A DNA stretch of 63,222 nucleotides, counting the filler, from a bacterium (GTDB lineage: Bacteria; JAMORN01), in NCBI GenBank assembly GCA_027063545.1. It is 12 parts of 12 records of this genome, joined end to end, with 100 filler letters (N's around TTAATTAATTAA, not from the genome) between each part and the next. Parts side by side here need not be neighbours in the genome. Positions count along the whole stretch, not along the records: positions 28,419 to 32,609 come from JAMORN010000173.1; positions 32,710 to 38,421 come from JAMORN010000175.1; positions 38,522 to 44,202 come from JAMORN010000176.1; 9 more parts are not named here. One strand, written 5' to 3'. Positions 31,128 through 41,185 of this stretch are shown one piece after another (the first letter of the stretch is position 1; every line of letters begins with the position of its first letter). Under the pieces are notes generated by a model, which was not told the origin of the DNA, ran no database searches, and was given only the letters and a program-made list of their open reading frames with translations. The position numbers and the translations under genes are program-made.

Positions 31128-32357
31128 TTAAATAAATAATTTTAATATTTGTTTATAACTTAAGTATCTTTTTAAAAATATAAAATCTATTAATACAGAA
31201 AACATATAACTTATTGTTATACTAATTACTATTCCTTCAATTTTATATTTAAATACTAATATATAACTTAAAATAAAATTCAAAACCATAGAAAAAAAGG
31301 TTGAAATAGTAGAATAGTATGTCTTATTTTTTACTAAAAAAAATACACTGTAAAATCTGCTAATACCTAAAAAAACTATAGAAGGAAGAAGTATTATATA
31401 TAAATAAGTTGTTCCTCTAAACTCTTCTCTAAGTATATAATCAACTATGATTTTATATGGAATTATACTTAAAATCGCCAAAAAACTCATTATCCAAAAA
31501 ATTTTTTTATGATAATTCTTAAATATTAAATATTCATCTTGATTATTAGATAACTCTCTAAGAAGAATATCTCCAAACGCTGATGGAAGATACCATAATA
31601 TTTCTGCTGTTGTTAATATAACAAATAGCACCCCTGTTGCACTAAGTCCTACAACTTTATGGGCAATAAATAAACTTTCTCTTATCATAACTATATAAAA
31701 AAATGAGGCAAAAAAAATTCCTAAAGAATACTTTAATACATTCTGCCATACTTCTTTTATTTTCTTATAATTAAAATAAAATTTAATATGGTTATTTTTA
31801 AATATATCATACATTAAAATAGAGGCAATAACCACCCATGATAAAGAATAGAAAAATCCTATATAATCTTGAGAAATATCAAATATCAAAAAACCAAATA
31901 AAAAAAATAAAAATAAACTACTTCTTAATATTCCTATTTTTATAAACTCACTTACCTTAAAAAACATTATATAATAAAAATAGGAAAAATTTACTATACT
32001 ATTTGAAATAACACCAAATATTAGAAAAAATTTCCCCCAAATATTTAAATCTTTAAAATAAAAGAGAAAACCTAAATAAAATAATGGAGTGATTATAAAT
32101 ATATGAATAGCAACTATAAAATTAAAAATTTTTTGAGATATTTCATCTTTTTTATTATAATAAACAATTAAATATTGATCTAGTCCCAATGCTGCGACTT
32201 GGGCTATTATAGTAAAAGAAGAGGCTATTAAAGAATAAACTCCTTCTCCTACAGAGCCAAAAATCTTTCCAACTAAGATTACATTTATAGAAGATATTAA
32301 AAAACTTATTACTCTAAAAAGAAGTATTTTTATACTATCTTTTACTATAAAATTCAT
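31128..32357 (-). CDS. Oligosaccharide/O-antigen flippase (Wzx-like, MOP family)
   Basis: About 12 hydrophobic segments; GSVGEGVYS in the first loop; C-terminal NFILSYILVFKYKIEGIVISITISY. Confidence 0.8.
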   Translation of the reverse strand: MNFIVKDSIKILLFRVISFLISSINVILVGKIFGSVGEGVYSLIASSFTIIAQVAALGLDQYLIVYYNKKDEISQKIFNFIVAIHIFIITPLFYLGFLFYFKDLNIWGKFFLIFGVISNSIVNFSYFYYIMFFKVSEFIKIGILRSSLFLFFLFGFLIFDISQDYIGFFYSLSWVVIASILMYDIFKNNHIKFYFNYKKIKEVWQNVLKYSLGIFFASFFYIVMIRESLFIAHKVVGLSATGVLFVILTTAEILWYLPSAFGDILLRELSNNQDEYLIFKNYHKKIFWIMSFLAILSIIPYKIIVDYILREEFRGTTYLYIILLPSIVFLGISRFYSVFFLVKNKTYYSTISTFFSMVLNFILSYILVFKYKIEGIVISITISYMFSVLIDFIFLKRYLSYKQILKLFI

Positions 32358-32364
32358 AAATATA

Positions 32365-32607
32365 TTATTTATTTATCACTAAAATTTTCTTTTTAAATCT
32401 TCCTCTTGGATCATCTATAATTATATAATAAACACCTGAGGATATAAGACTGCCATTTTTATCTTTAAAATCCCATATAATCCTACTTGTATTTTTAGGG
32501 AAAAATTCTTTTATTATCCTTCCATCTGATGAAATAATATAAATAGTACTTGCATCATCAATAATGTTATCTATATATAAAAGGTGAGTTTGACCTAATA
32601 TAACAGG
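32365..32607 (-). CDS. C-terminal T9SS-type/FlgD-Ig sorting domain of a 5'-truncated exported protein (PorZ-like end)
   Basis: Not in the ORF track; translates PVILGQTHLLYIDNI..TIYIISSDGRIIKEF..IIWDFKDKNGSLISSGVYYIII..KKILVINK*. Confidence 0.7.
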   Translation of the reverse strand, partial: PVILGQTHLLYIDNIIDDASTIYIISSDGRIIKEFFPKNTSRIIWDFKDKNGSLISSGVYYIIIDDPRGRFKKKILVINK

Positions 32608-32609
32608 AT

Positions 32610-32709
32610 NNNNNNNNNNNNNNNNNNNNNNNNNNNNNNNNNNNNNNNNNNNNTTAATTAATTAANNNNNNNNNNNNNNNNNNNNNNNNNNNNNNNNNNN
32701 NNNNNNNNN
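32610..32709. other. Artificial contig spacer
   Basis: N44-TTAATTAATTAA-N44. Confidence 0.99.
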
Positions 32710-32949
32710 ATTTCATTACAGATGGAATTTACTACAAAAAAATCTTTAAGTAAAAAGGGAAGTATTCAGAGAGTTTTATTTTATAATAGAAATGAGAAAG
32801 GGCAAAATATTGGTAAAACAATGGATTATAAAAGTGTTATAGTAGAATCAGATGAAGATTTAACAGGTGAGATTTTAGATGTTTATATAAAGGACGCTTC
32901 AAGTTATGCTTTAATTGGTGAGTTAACTTTAACCAAGGTTAATTTATAA
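32710..32949 (+). CDS. miaB: C-terminal TRAM domain, probably of tRNA methylthiotransferase MiaB (5'-truncated)
   Basis: ISLQMEF..QRVL..GKTMDYKSVIV..LTGEILDVYIKDASSYALIGEL. Confidence 0.7.
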   Translation: MSLQMEFTTKKSLSKKGSIQRVLFYNRNEKGQNIGKTMDYKSVIVESDEDLTGEILDVYIKDASSYALIGELTLTKVNL

Positions 32950-32961
32950 GGAGGTTTAGAT

Positions 32962-33285
32962 ATGAAATATATTAAGTATATTTTAGGATTAATTTTAATA
33001 CTTTTTGTTTTAATATTTTTAATACAAAATGTATTTGTGGATCAAGGAAATATATATAGTTTTATAGAGGTAAAATTTTTAAGCTTTGCTGTTGTAATGC
33101 CTATAATTGTACTTTTATTTTTAAGTTTTCTTTTGGGTCTATTTGTTGGAATAATATGGATGTCAAAGACAATTTTTTATTTAAAAAGAGAAGTAAATAG
33201 CAAACAAAAAGAAATTGAGAAATTAGAAAAAACAATAAGAGATATGAAAAATATAAATATAGAAGACAATAGTAATGAGGAATAA
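32962..33285 (+). CDS. lapA: LapA-family membrane protein
   Basis: Two TMs (LIFLIQN..MPIIVLLFLSFLLGLFVG) plus a coiled coil; upstream of the LapB-like gene. Confidence 0.8.
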   Translation: MKYIKYILGLILILFVLIFLIQNVFVDQGNIYSFIEVKFLSFAVVMPIIVLLFLSFLLGLFVGIIWMSKTIFYLKREVNSKQKEIEKLEKTIRDMKNINIEDNSNEE

Positions 33286-33302
33286 TATAGGGAGGTTATA
33301 GT

Positions 33303-34433
33303 ATGTTTGAAGACCTTTTATCTCTTTTTATAAAAAAGAGTAAAGCTCGGTTAAAGGAAGACAAAGGAACTGAGGATATATCTAGACTATCTAAAGAAGA
33401 AATTTTACAACTAGGAATAAAAGAATTTGTTTTAGGTAGAATAGGGAGAGCAGAAAAATATTTTAAAGCTTATTTAAAGCAAGAGGATAACAATCTTGTA
33501 TATTATCTTATTTCTGAGATTTATAGAAATAAAGGGGATTATGAGAGAAGTTTTAATATATACCAACAAATTATTTATTCTACAGAAGTAGATGTAGAGA
33601 TTTATTATAATAGTATTTTAGGTATGATTAAAGTATATCCAAGTATCAAGAGTGATTTAAAAAAAGATAATTTAATAAAAATATTAAAGGGATTACCAGA
33701 GTATATAAAGAATGTAGTATTAAGAGAAAAAATTTTGAGAGTTTTATTAGAAAATAGACTTTATGAAGAGTCTGTAATTTTACTTAAATATGATAAAGAA
33801 TTAAGAAAATATATAAATATAGATGAGAATTATATAGAATTGTTAAGGGCTATATACTTATATGAAGATAAAGATTTAGACAAGAGTATGGAAATTTTGA
33901 ATAAAATAGAAAATAAGATTTCAGAAGAGTATAGAAAGTATGTGTTTTATTATTTAGGATTGATTTATTATAAGAAAGGAGAAAAGGAAGAGAGTTTTAG
34001 ATATTTAAAAGATGTAATGAAATGGTTTCCTGAATCTTATAAATTGTATTCAGATTTACTTTATGAATTGGGAAAATTTGAAGAGATAGGAAGGTTTATA
34101 CATAATATTTTAGAAAATAAAGAAAATGGAGAATTAGAATATTATATAGCTTTAGATTATAAAAGTAAATTGGGAAGCATTGATGATATTTCTGATAAAG
34201 TAGAAAGTTTTATTTTAGACAATAATTTAAATAGATATAAATTAGTTTATAAATATATTAAAATATTAAATGACCAGAAAAAATATGATAAATTAGATAA
34301 TTTCTTAAAACAGCTTTCATCAAAGGTTATTACTCCATCAATAAATACATGGACTTGTAATAATTGTGGGTATGAGAATTCGCTATCTTTTGATTTTTGT
34401 AAGGTGTGTGGTACTAAAAGAGAAAAAAAATGA
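33303..34433 (+). CDS. lapB: LapB-like TPR protein with C-terminal rubredoxin motif
   Basis: TPRs (ISEIYRNKGDYERS) and WTCNNCG..FCKVCG; follows lapA. Confidence 0.7.
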   Translation: MFEDLLSLFIKKSKARLKEDKGTEDISRLSKEEILQLGIKEFVLGRIGRAEKYFKAYLKQEDNNLVYYLISEIYRNKGDYERSFNIYQQIIYSTEVDVEIYYNSILGMIKVYPSIKSDLKKDNLIKILKGLPEYIKNVVLREKILRVLLENRLYEESVILLKYDKELRKYINIDENYIELLRAIYLYEDKDLDKSMEILNKIENKISEEYRKYVFYYLGLIYYKKGEKEESFRYLKDVMKWFPESYKLYSDLLYELGKFEEIGRFIHNILENKENGELEYYIALDYKSKLGSIDDISDKVESFILDNNLNRYKLVYKYIKILNDQKKYDKLDNFLKQLSSKVITPSINTWTCNNCGYENSLSFDFCKVCGTKREKK

Positions 34434-35266
34434 AAAGATTGATTTTTTATATATCTATTATTTTATGTCTTTTTTTTGAGGTAGTTAGTATTTGGGCAGA
34501 ATCGAAAGATATAAAGAAAATTTTAGATAAAGGTGATTATTATTATAGTTTAGGTAATTATAATAAGGCTTTAAAATATTATAAAAATATTATTGAACAA
34601 AAAAATATAGATAATATATACACATCAAAATATTTATATACTCTCTTATTATTAAAGAAGGATAGTATATACCTTAAGTATGTTGAAGAAAAATTAGATG
34701 GGTTAGATAGTTTATATTTTTTGAGTCTTCTATGGATAAAACAATCTAAATATAAAAATATTACACAATTGGAATTACTCTCAGATAGTAATTCTATAAA
34801 TTCATATACTTTTGCTAAATTACTTTTTTTAAAAATTGAAGCATATAGAATGTTAAATAGAAATTCTGAAGCTATTAAACTTGCCAAGGAATATGTGAAA
34901 CTCTATCCATTTTCTATAGAGTCAATAAGATTATGTCAATATTTTCCCGTATTGACAGAAATTAAAAAAGCTAAAACAGATAAGCAATTAATTATTTCTA
35001 AAAAAACTAATAAAAGAAAAATTTATTATATATATCAATTTGGAATGTTTGCCAAACAAGAGAATGCTCAACGATTTTTAGTATATCTAGTTAGTAAATA
35101 TCCTGGAATTAAATTCTATATAAGAGAGAAAAAAAGAAATGGAAAAAAAGTATATATAGTTACCAGTAAAAGATTTAAAAGTAAAAAGGAAGCTAAAAAA
35201 TACTATGATAAAGTTTTAAGCAAAAAAATAAAAGAAAAAATGTTTTTGACCTTTTATTATGAATAA
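34430..35266 (+). CDS. Exported TPR + SPOR-domain protein
   Basis: Signal peptide, TPR, C-terminal YIYQFGMFAKQENA..YIV..FKSKKEA. Confidence 0.75.
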   Translation: MKRLIFYISIILCLFFEVVSIWAESKDIKKILDKGDYYYSLGNYNKALKYYKNIIEQKNIDNIYTSKYLYTLLLLKKDSIYLKYVEEKLDGLDSLYFLSLLWIKQSKYKNITQLELLSDSNSINSYTFAKLLFLKIEAYRMLNRNSEAIKLAKEYVKLYPFSIESIRLCQYFPVLTEIKKAKTDKQLIISKKTNKRKIYYIYQFGMFAKQENAQRFLVYLVSKYPGIKFYIREKKRNGKKVYIVTSKRFKSKKEAKKYYDKVLSKKIKEKMFLTFYYE

Positions 35267-35762
35267 ATTAAAAAAAATTATTTTTCTTCTTAATATATTT
35301 CTTTTTTTTGTATTTAGTTGTTCTTCTAATATTATTTATAGATCTGATATATATAAAAATAGAGGAATAATTCTCTCAAAAAATTATAATGTAGAGTGTA
35401 GAAAAAAAGTAGTGAATACAGCTAGAAAATATATAGGAGTAAGGTATAAATACGGAGGGAGTACTTCAAAGGGTTTTGATTGTTCAGGTTTTGTTTATAA
35501 AGTATATTTGAATGCTTGTAGGATAAAATTGCCTAGAACAGCTCATGAACAAGCAAAATATGTTAAAAAAACAAGAAGTCCTAAAGAAGGGGATCTTGTA
35601 TTTTTCAAAATAAATAGCTTCTGGAAAATAGATCATGTTGGTATCTATATAGGTGATGGAAAATTTATACATGCCTCCTCATCAAAAGGTGTTACAATTT
35701 CAAATTTAAGTAGTCCATATTATAAAAAACATTTAATGTTTTTTGGAACGGTATTTAAATAA
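35259..35762 (+). CDS. NlpC/P60 (C40) peptidoglycan endopeptidase lipoprotein
   Basis: Lipobox FSC; YKYGG..GFDCSGFV, GDLVFF, HVGIYIG..FIHASSS. Confidence 0.95.
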   Translation: MNKLKKIIFLLNIFLFFVFSCSSNIIYRSDIYKNRGIILSKNYNVECRKKVVNTARKYIGVRYKYGGSTSKGFDCSGFVYKVYLNACRIKLPRTAHEQAKYVKKTRSPKEGDLVFFKINSFWKIDHVGIYIGDGKFIHASSSKGVTISNLSSPYYKKHLMFFGTVFK

Positions 35763-35781
35763 GATATTTAAGGAGGGAAAT

Positions 35782-36618
35782 ATGATTGTTGGATTTCAAG
35801 GGGAGAAAGGGGCTTATTCAGAAAAGGCTGCTAAAAAATATTTTGAATATAAAAGTATTGTTTTAAAAAATTTTGAAACTTTTAGAGATATATTTGAAGC
35901 TTTAAAACGGAATGAAATAGAATATGCTGTAATCCCAATAGAAAATTCCTTAGCAGGGAGTGTCCACGAGAATTATGATTTGATGCTAGAATATAAATAT
36001 CATATTATAGGAGAGGAGATTATAAGAATAAACCATAATTTAATAGGAATAAAAGGTGCAAAATTAAAGGATATTAAGGAGGTATATTCTCATCCACAGG
36101 CATTATCTCAATGCAGTAATTTTTTTAAAAAACATAAAAATATAAAGAAAATACCTTTTTATGATACTGCTGGTGCAGTAAAGATGGTAAAAGAGTTAAA
36201 CGATAAGACTAAAGCAGCAATAGCTTCAGAGCAAGCTGCAATAGATTATGATATGGAAATTTTAGCTTCTTCCATAGAAAATGATAAAAATAATTATACT
36301 AGATTTCTTATAATAACTAAACAGGGATTGAAGAATTTAAAAAAAGAAGAAGGTGTGGTATATAAGACTTCAATCGTGTTTTCTTTAAAAAGTATTCCTG
36401 GAGCATTATTTAAAAGTCTTTCAGTTTTTGCTCTTAGAGAAATAAATTTATTAAAGATAGAATCCCGTCCTTTAATTGGAACGCCTTGGAAGTACTTATT
36501 TTACCTAGATTTTGAGGGATTTTATAAAGATAAATTAATAAAAAGAGCATTAAATAATTTATCTGAAGTTGCAGAGAATATTTATATCTTTGGTTCCTAC
36601 AAAAAGAAAAATTTTTAA
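35782..36618 (+). CDS. pheA: Prephenate dehydratase
   Basis: FQGEKGAYSE, PIENSLAGSV, SHPQALSQC, NYTRF, INLLKIESRP ACT domain; start after AGGAGG. Confidence 0.96.
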   Translation: MIVGFQGEKGAYSEKAAKKYFEYKSIVLKNFETFRDIFEALKRNEIEYAVIPIENSLAGSVHENYDLMLEYKYHIIGEEIIRINHNLIGIKGAKLKDIKEVYSHPQALSQCSNFFKKHKNIKKIPFYDTAGAVKMVKELNDKTKAAIASEQAAIDYDMEILASSIENDKNNYTRFLIITKQGLKNLKKEEGVVYKTSIVFSLKSIPGALFKSLSVFALREINLLKIESRPLIGTPWKYLFYLDFEGFYKDKLIKRALNNLSEVAENIYIFGSYKKKNF

Positions 36619-36725
36619 CCTATTTTTTTATTTGACTAATAGGCAAAAAAAAAATATTTTCTTTATATAATTTTGTTTAAACGTTTAATTTGAACATATA
36701 AAACTTTCTATATAGAGGGTTAAGT

Positions 36726-38246
36726 ATGAGGGAAAAATTTAGAGTTTATAACATATTAATAATTTTTGTGTTAATTATGAATACCATATTATATTCTAAA
36801 ACAATAGTTGTTCCAGATAAATATCCAAAAATTTCTATAGCATTAAACAATGCAGAGCCAGGAGATACTATTTTTGTGAGAGCTGGGGTTTATAAAGAGA
36901 ATATAGTTTTAGTAGATGAAGTAGTATTGATAGGAGAAGATAAATATACAACAATTATAGATGGTGGCAGAAAGACTTATACTGTAAAAGGAGCTGATTA
37001 TGCTTATATTGGAGGATTTACTATTAAAGGAGGTTATGGAGCAGGTATCTTATGTGAAAATACTTCTCCAATTATAGAGAATAATATTATAAAAGATAAT
37101 CGTGGTGCTGGTATTATGGCTGTTTTATCTTTGCCAATGATTAGGAATAATATAATATATGGAAATGAGTGGACAGGTATATATTTAGAAGCTGCTAAAT
37201 CTCTAGATACTAAAATAGACCATAATGTTATAGTAGAAAATGGATATCATGGAATATATTGTGGTGATGAGAGTAATGTTTTAATTACTAATAATATCAT
37301 ATATAAAAATAAAGGTTTTGGAGTTTTTCTTGATGAAACAAGTAAAAAGACAAGATTAGAATATAATGATATTTATGCGAATTTAATGGAAGTATCAAAA
37401 GGATATATAGTAAGTGCTACAAATATAAATAAGGATCCTCTTTTTAAAGATGATAAAACTTTTGAAATAAAGGAATTATCTCCTTGTAAAAAAACAGGAG
37501 AAGATGGAACTGATATAGGACTAGATTATAATATGTCCACTTCTTTACCTTCTATGAATCAATTAGCATATCAAAGTAAAGAAGGAGATGCTGATGGAGA
37601 TGGAATTGCTGATACATTGGATAATTGTCCAAATTTATCTGAAGATAAAGATGGGTATGAAGATAATGATGGATGTCCTGATAAAGATAATGATGATGAT
37701 GGAATTTTAGATGATAAAGATTTATGTAAAAATGAGGCAGAGGATTTAGATAATTTTGAAGATAATGATGGATGCCCTGATTTAGATAACGATGGAGATG
37801 GTATTTTAGATACAGAGGATAAATGCCCCAATGATGTAGAAACTTTTAATGATTATAAAGATTATGATGGATGTCCAGATACAATTCCAAAGAAATTTCC
37901 TAAAAAATTAGTTTTACCTGGAATAAAATTTGAACCGGGTAGTGCAAAGCTTTTACCAGAATCATATATAATATTAGATGATGTAGCTAAACAATTAAAG
38001 AGATTTCCTAACGTTATTGTTGAAATAGGGGGTCATACTGATAATACAGGATCAAGAAGGGCAAATATGAGATTGTCTTTGGAAAGGGCAAAGGCTGTAA
38101 AAAGATATTTAGTTAAAAAATGGAAGATAAATCCGAGAAGATTAAAAGTTAAAGGATATGGTCCAGATTTTCCAGTTGCAGATAATTCAACAGAAGAAGG
38201 TAGAGCTCAAAATAGAAGAATAGAGTTTAAAGTATTAAAATATTAA
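36726..38246 (+). CDS. Exported right-handed beta-helix + thrombospondin type 3 repeats + OmpA-like peptidoglycan-binding domain protein
   Basis: TIVVPDKYPKIS.A..GDTIFVRAGVY and NN.I..N..GI beta-helix repeats; DxDGDGI..D.CP repeats; GHTDNTG..NMRLSLERAKAV..QNRRIEF. Confidence 0.9.
   Translation: MREKFRVYNILIIFVLIMNTILYSKTIVVPDKYPKISIALNNAEPGDTIFVRAGVYKENIVLVDEVVLIGEDKYTTIIDGGRKTYTVKGADYAYIGGFTIKGGYGAGILCENTSPIIENNIIKDNRGAGIMAVLSLPMIRNNIIYGNEWTGIYLEAAKSLDTKIDHNVIVENGYHGIYCGDESNVLITNNIIYKNKGFGVFLDETSKKTRLEYNDIYANLMEVSKGYIVSATNINKDPLFKDDKTFEIKELSPCKKTGEDGTDIGLDYNMSTSLPSMNQLAYQSKEGDADGDGIADTLDNCPNLSEDKDGYEDNDGCPDKDNDDDGILDDKDLCKNEAEDLDNFEDNDGCPDLDNDGDGILDTEDKCPNDVETFNDYKDYDGCPDTIPKKFPKKLVLPGIKFEPGSAKLLPESYIILDDVAKQLKRFPNVIVEIGGHTDNTGSRRANMRLSLERAKAVKRYLVKKWKINPRRLKVKGYGPDFPVADNSTEEGRAQNRRIEFKVLKY
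37587..37883 (+). repeat. Three 99-bp (33-aa) coding repeats, TSP3 Ca-binding type
   Basis: DADGDGIADTLDNCP..EDKDGYEDNDGCPDK / DNDDDGILDDKDLCK..EDLDNFEDNDGCPDL / DNDGDGILDTEDKCP..ETFNDYKDYDGCPDT. Confidence 0.9.
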
Positions 38247-38261
38247 AGAGGGTAGAGGGAT

Positions 38262-38421
38262 ATGATTAAATATAGAAGAATAATAATTATATTAATAGCT
38301 ATTTTTTTATGGATTTCCAATATACAGGGAGCCGGTTTATTATCAGATATTTATTTAAATAGAGCTATTGATAATTATAGATACTATACTAACTCTCTAT
38401 TGTCTCCTTCAATGACAACAG
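38262..38421 (+). CDS. Exported protein N-terminus, 3'-truncated
   Basis: Signal peptide MIKYRRIIIILIAIFLWISNIQG, GAGGG RBS. Confidence 0.6.
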
Positions 38422-38521
38422 NNNNNNNNNNNNNNNNNNNNNNNNNNNNNNNNNNNNNNNNNNNNTTAATTAATTAANNNNNNNNNNNNNNNNNNNNNNN
38501 NNNNNNNNNNNNNNNNNNNNN
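38422..38521. other. Artificial contig spacer
   Basis: N44-TTAATTAATTAA-N44. Confidence 0.99.
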
Positions 38522-38523
38522 AT

Positions 38524-38601
38524 TTATCAGGGTTACCATCTCAGAAAAAAAGAGCCTCTGCATCAAGTCCTACTGAAGGATTATTAAAATTTTTAGAATA
38601 G
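38524..38601 (+). CDS. thiG: Thiazole synthase C-terminal fragment
   Basis: LSGLPSQKKRASASSPTEG matches the ThiG C-terminal ASASSP motif; directly upstream of thiH. Confidence 0.8.
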   Translation, partial: LSGLPSQKKRASASSPTEGLLKFLE

Positions 38602-38608
38602 GTGAAGT

Positions 38609-39757
38609 ATGTTTGTAGATAGAATCTCTTCTTTAAAAAATCAGGAAAAAGAGTTTTTGGAAATAAATAAAAAGGCAACACAAAAAGAATTAGATGAGGT
38701 TATTTTAAAAATAGAGTCAAATGAAAAGTTAGATTGGCGCGATTTAGCGGTTTTATTATCTGAGGTTAGTTTAAAAAAAGAGAATTTAGGTTATTTAGTC
38801 CAACTTGCTTATAATAAAACTATAGAAAGATTTGGAAAGGTAATAAAATTTTATGTTCCGCTTTATTTATCAAATTATTGTATTAATAGTTGTTTATATT
38901 GTTCTTTTGCTGCTGTTAATAAAATAAATAGAAAAGTATTAACAATTGAAGAAGCTAAATTAGAACTGGAAGCAATAAAGAAAATGGGATTTAAACATAT
39001 TCTTTTGGTTGCAGGAGAAGATCCAACAAATATAAATGTAAATTATCTTTCTGAGATAATAAGTGTTGCAAAAAATGAATTGGGAATAGCTTCTGTTTCT
39101 ATAGAAGTTTCTCCTTTTGAAGAAAATGAATATAAAAAGCTTGTAAAATCAGGACTTGATGGTTTAACATTATATCAAGAAACTTATCACAAAGATACTT
39201 ATTTAGAGGTGCATAGAGGAAGAAAAAGAAATTATGAAAAAAGACTTATTTATCCAGAGTATGCTGCTAAAGCAGGTATAAGGAAATTTAATTTTGGGGT
39301 ATTGTTGGGGCTTTATGATCATATTATAGAGAGTTTTTATTTATATCATCATGTGAAATATTTTGAGAAAAATTATTGGCAAGTTCATTTGGGAGTAAAT
39401 TTCCCACGGATTAGGCCTATGTATGGAGGTTTTAAACCAAAATATCCAGTATCTGATAAGGAATTGGTTAGAATGATTGTAGCTTTTAGATTAATGTTTG
39501 AAGATATAGATTTAGTTTTATCAACGCGAGAAAGTGCAGAGTTTAGAGATTTTATGCTTGGTATTGGAATAACTCAAATTTCAGCAGGAAGTAAAACTTA
39601 TGTAGGAGGATACTTTAAAAATTATGCAAAGGTGGAAGAGGATATTGGGCAATTTGAAATAGCAGATACTAGAACTGTTAAAGAAGTAGAAAATGCTGTG
39701 AAAAATAAAGGTTTTGAGGTTGTATGGAAGGATTGGCAGGAGGTGATGTTTGGTTAA
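38609..39757 (+). CDS. thiH: 2-iminoacetate synthase (radical SAM)
   Basis: YVPLYLSNYCINSCLYCSF, LYQETY, LSTRESAEFRD, SAGSKT.VGGY, QFEIAD.R, VWKDW. Confidence 0.95.
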   Translation: MFVDRISSLKNQEKEFLEINKKATQKELDEVILKIESNEKLDWRDLAVLLSEVSLKKENLGYLVQLAYNKTIERFGKVIKFYVPLYLSNYCINSCLYCSFAAVNKINRKVLTIEEAKLELEAIKKMGFKHILLVAGEDPTNINVNYLSEIISVAKNELGIASVSIEVSPFEENEYKKLVKSGLDGLTLYQETYHKDTYLEVHRGRKRNYEKRLIYPEYAAKAGIRKFNFGVLLGLYDHIIESFYLYHHVKYFEKNYWQVHLGVNFPRIRPMYGGFKPKYPVSDKELVRMIVAFRLMFEDIDLVLSTRESAEFRDFMLGIGITQISAGSKTYVGGYFKNYAKVEEDIGQFEIADTRTVKEVENAVKNKGFEVVWKDWQEVMFG

Positions 39758-39962
39758 AGTGATTGTTAATGATAATGAATTTTATATAGAAAAGAAAACA
39801 AATTTATATGATTTTTTAAAGGAAAAAGGTTATATTAAAGAAGAGAGTAAATGGGTTGTTATTGTTGTAAATGGAGAACCAAAAAGTATAGAAGAGATAA
39901 AAAACTTAAATATAGAGAATAATTTAAAAATAGAATTAGCAAATATAGTAGGTGGTGGTTAG
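39750..39962 (+). CDS. thiS: Sulfur carrier protein ThiS
   Basis: 70 aa, VVNGE, C-terminal VGGG; TTG start overlapping thiH. Confidence 0.9.
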   Translation: MVKVIVNDNEFYIEKKTNLYDFLKEKGYIKEESKWVVIVVNGEPKSIEEIKNLNIENNLKIELANIVGGG

Positions 39963-39980
39963 AAAAAGGAGGTATTAGTT

Positions 39981-40706
39981 ATGTCTGGACATAATAAATG
40001 GAGTAGTATAAAACACAAAAAAGCAAGAATGGATGCTCAAAGGAGTAAGATTTTTTCTAAGTTAATAAGAGAAATAACAGTTGCTGCAAAACTTGGAGGT
40101 CCTGATCCAGAATCAAATCCAAGACTTAGACAAGCAATAGCGAATGCAAGAGCCAATAATATGCCCAAAGAAAATATTGAAAATGCCATAAAAAAAGGTA
40201 CAGGAGAACTTCCGGGTGTTAGTTATGAAGAAATTTCACTAGAAGGCTATGGCCCTGGTGGAATTGCTATAATGATAGATGCTTTAACAGATAATAGAAA
40301 TAGAACAGTTGCAGAGATTAGAAGTATTTTTAATAAAAATGGTGGAAATTTAGCAGAAAAAGGTGCTGTTGCTTGGATGTTTGAAACAATAGGTCAAATT
40401 TTAGTTGAAAAATCAAGGGTTGATGAAGATTCTTTAATGGAAGCAGCAATAGAGGCAGGTGCTGAAGATGTTATTACTGATGATGAGGAGTTTTATATTA
40501 TAAAGACAGCAAAAGAAGATTTAATGAATGTAGTTGATGGTTTAGAAAAGGCAGGTATTCCAATAAAGTCTTATGAGATAACAAAGGTAGCACAAACACC
40601 TGTAAAACTTTCAGGTGATCAGGCTGAGAAAGCAATGAAATTATTAGAATTATTAGATGATCATGATGATGTTCAAAAGGTTTATACAAATTTTGATATA
40701 GAATAA
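39981..40706 (+). CDS. yebC: YebC/PmpR family protein
   Basis: [42 protein letters not shown]. Confidence 0.97.
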   Translation: MSGHNKWSSIKHKKARMDAQRSKIFSKLIREITVAAKLGGPDPESNPRLRQAIANARANNMPKENIENAIKKGTGELPGVSYEEISLEGYGPGGIAIMIDALTDNRNRTVAEIRSIFNKNGGNLAEKGAVAWMFETIGQILVEKSRVDEDSLMEAAIEAGAEDVITDDEEFYIIKTAKEDLMNVVDGLEKAGIPIKSYEITKVAQTPVKLSGDQAEKAMKLLELLDDHDDVQKVYTNFDIE

Positions 40707-41182
40707 TGATAGTTTTAGGAGTAGATCCAGGAATAAATAATACAGGTTATGGTATAATAAAATATGATAGTAAAAAGAATTTACTAGAAACAGTGGATTA
40801 TGGAGTTATTTCACCAAAAAGAAACTGGACTACTCCTAAAAAACTATCTTTTATATATGATTCTATTCTCAATAAAATAGATGAATTTAATGTAGATGTA
40901 TTAAGTTTAGAAAAAAGTTTTTATGGCAAAAATGTTCAAGTAATAATAACTATGTCTCAGGCAAGGGCTATTGTTATTTTAGCGGGTTATAAAAAGGGTT
41001 TAGATATTTTTGAATACTCTCCTAAAGAGGTAAAAAAGGTTATTACAAGTTATGGAGGTGCTTTAAAATCTCAGGTTAGATATATGGTTGATACCACTTT
41101 AAATATAGATACATCAAAAGAGAAGTATGATGTTAGTGATGCCTTGGCTATAGCATTGTGTCATGTTTATAGAGAGGGTTAA
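40706..41182 (+). CDS. ruvC: Holliday junction resolvase
   Basis: LGVDPG..TGYG, EYSPKEVKK, DVSDALAIALCH. Confidence 0.96.
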   Translation: MIVLGVDPGINNTGYGIIKYDSKKNLLETVDYGVISPKRNWTTPKKLSFIYDSILNKIDEFNVDVLSLEKSFYGKNVQVIITMSQARAIVILAGYKKGLDIFEYSPKEVKKVITSYGGALKSQVRYMVDTTLNIDTSKEKYDVSDALAIALCHVYREG

Positions 41183-41185
41183 GGG

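Noticed and set aside
38522-39962. TPP riboswitch for thiGHS
   Set aside because: The operon's 5' end is outside the contig, so nothing can be seen.
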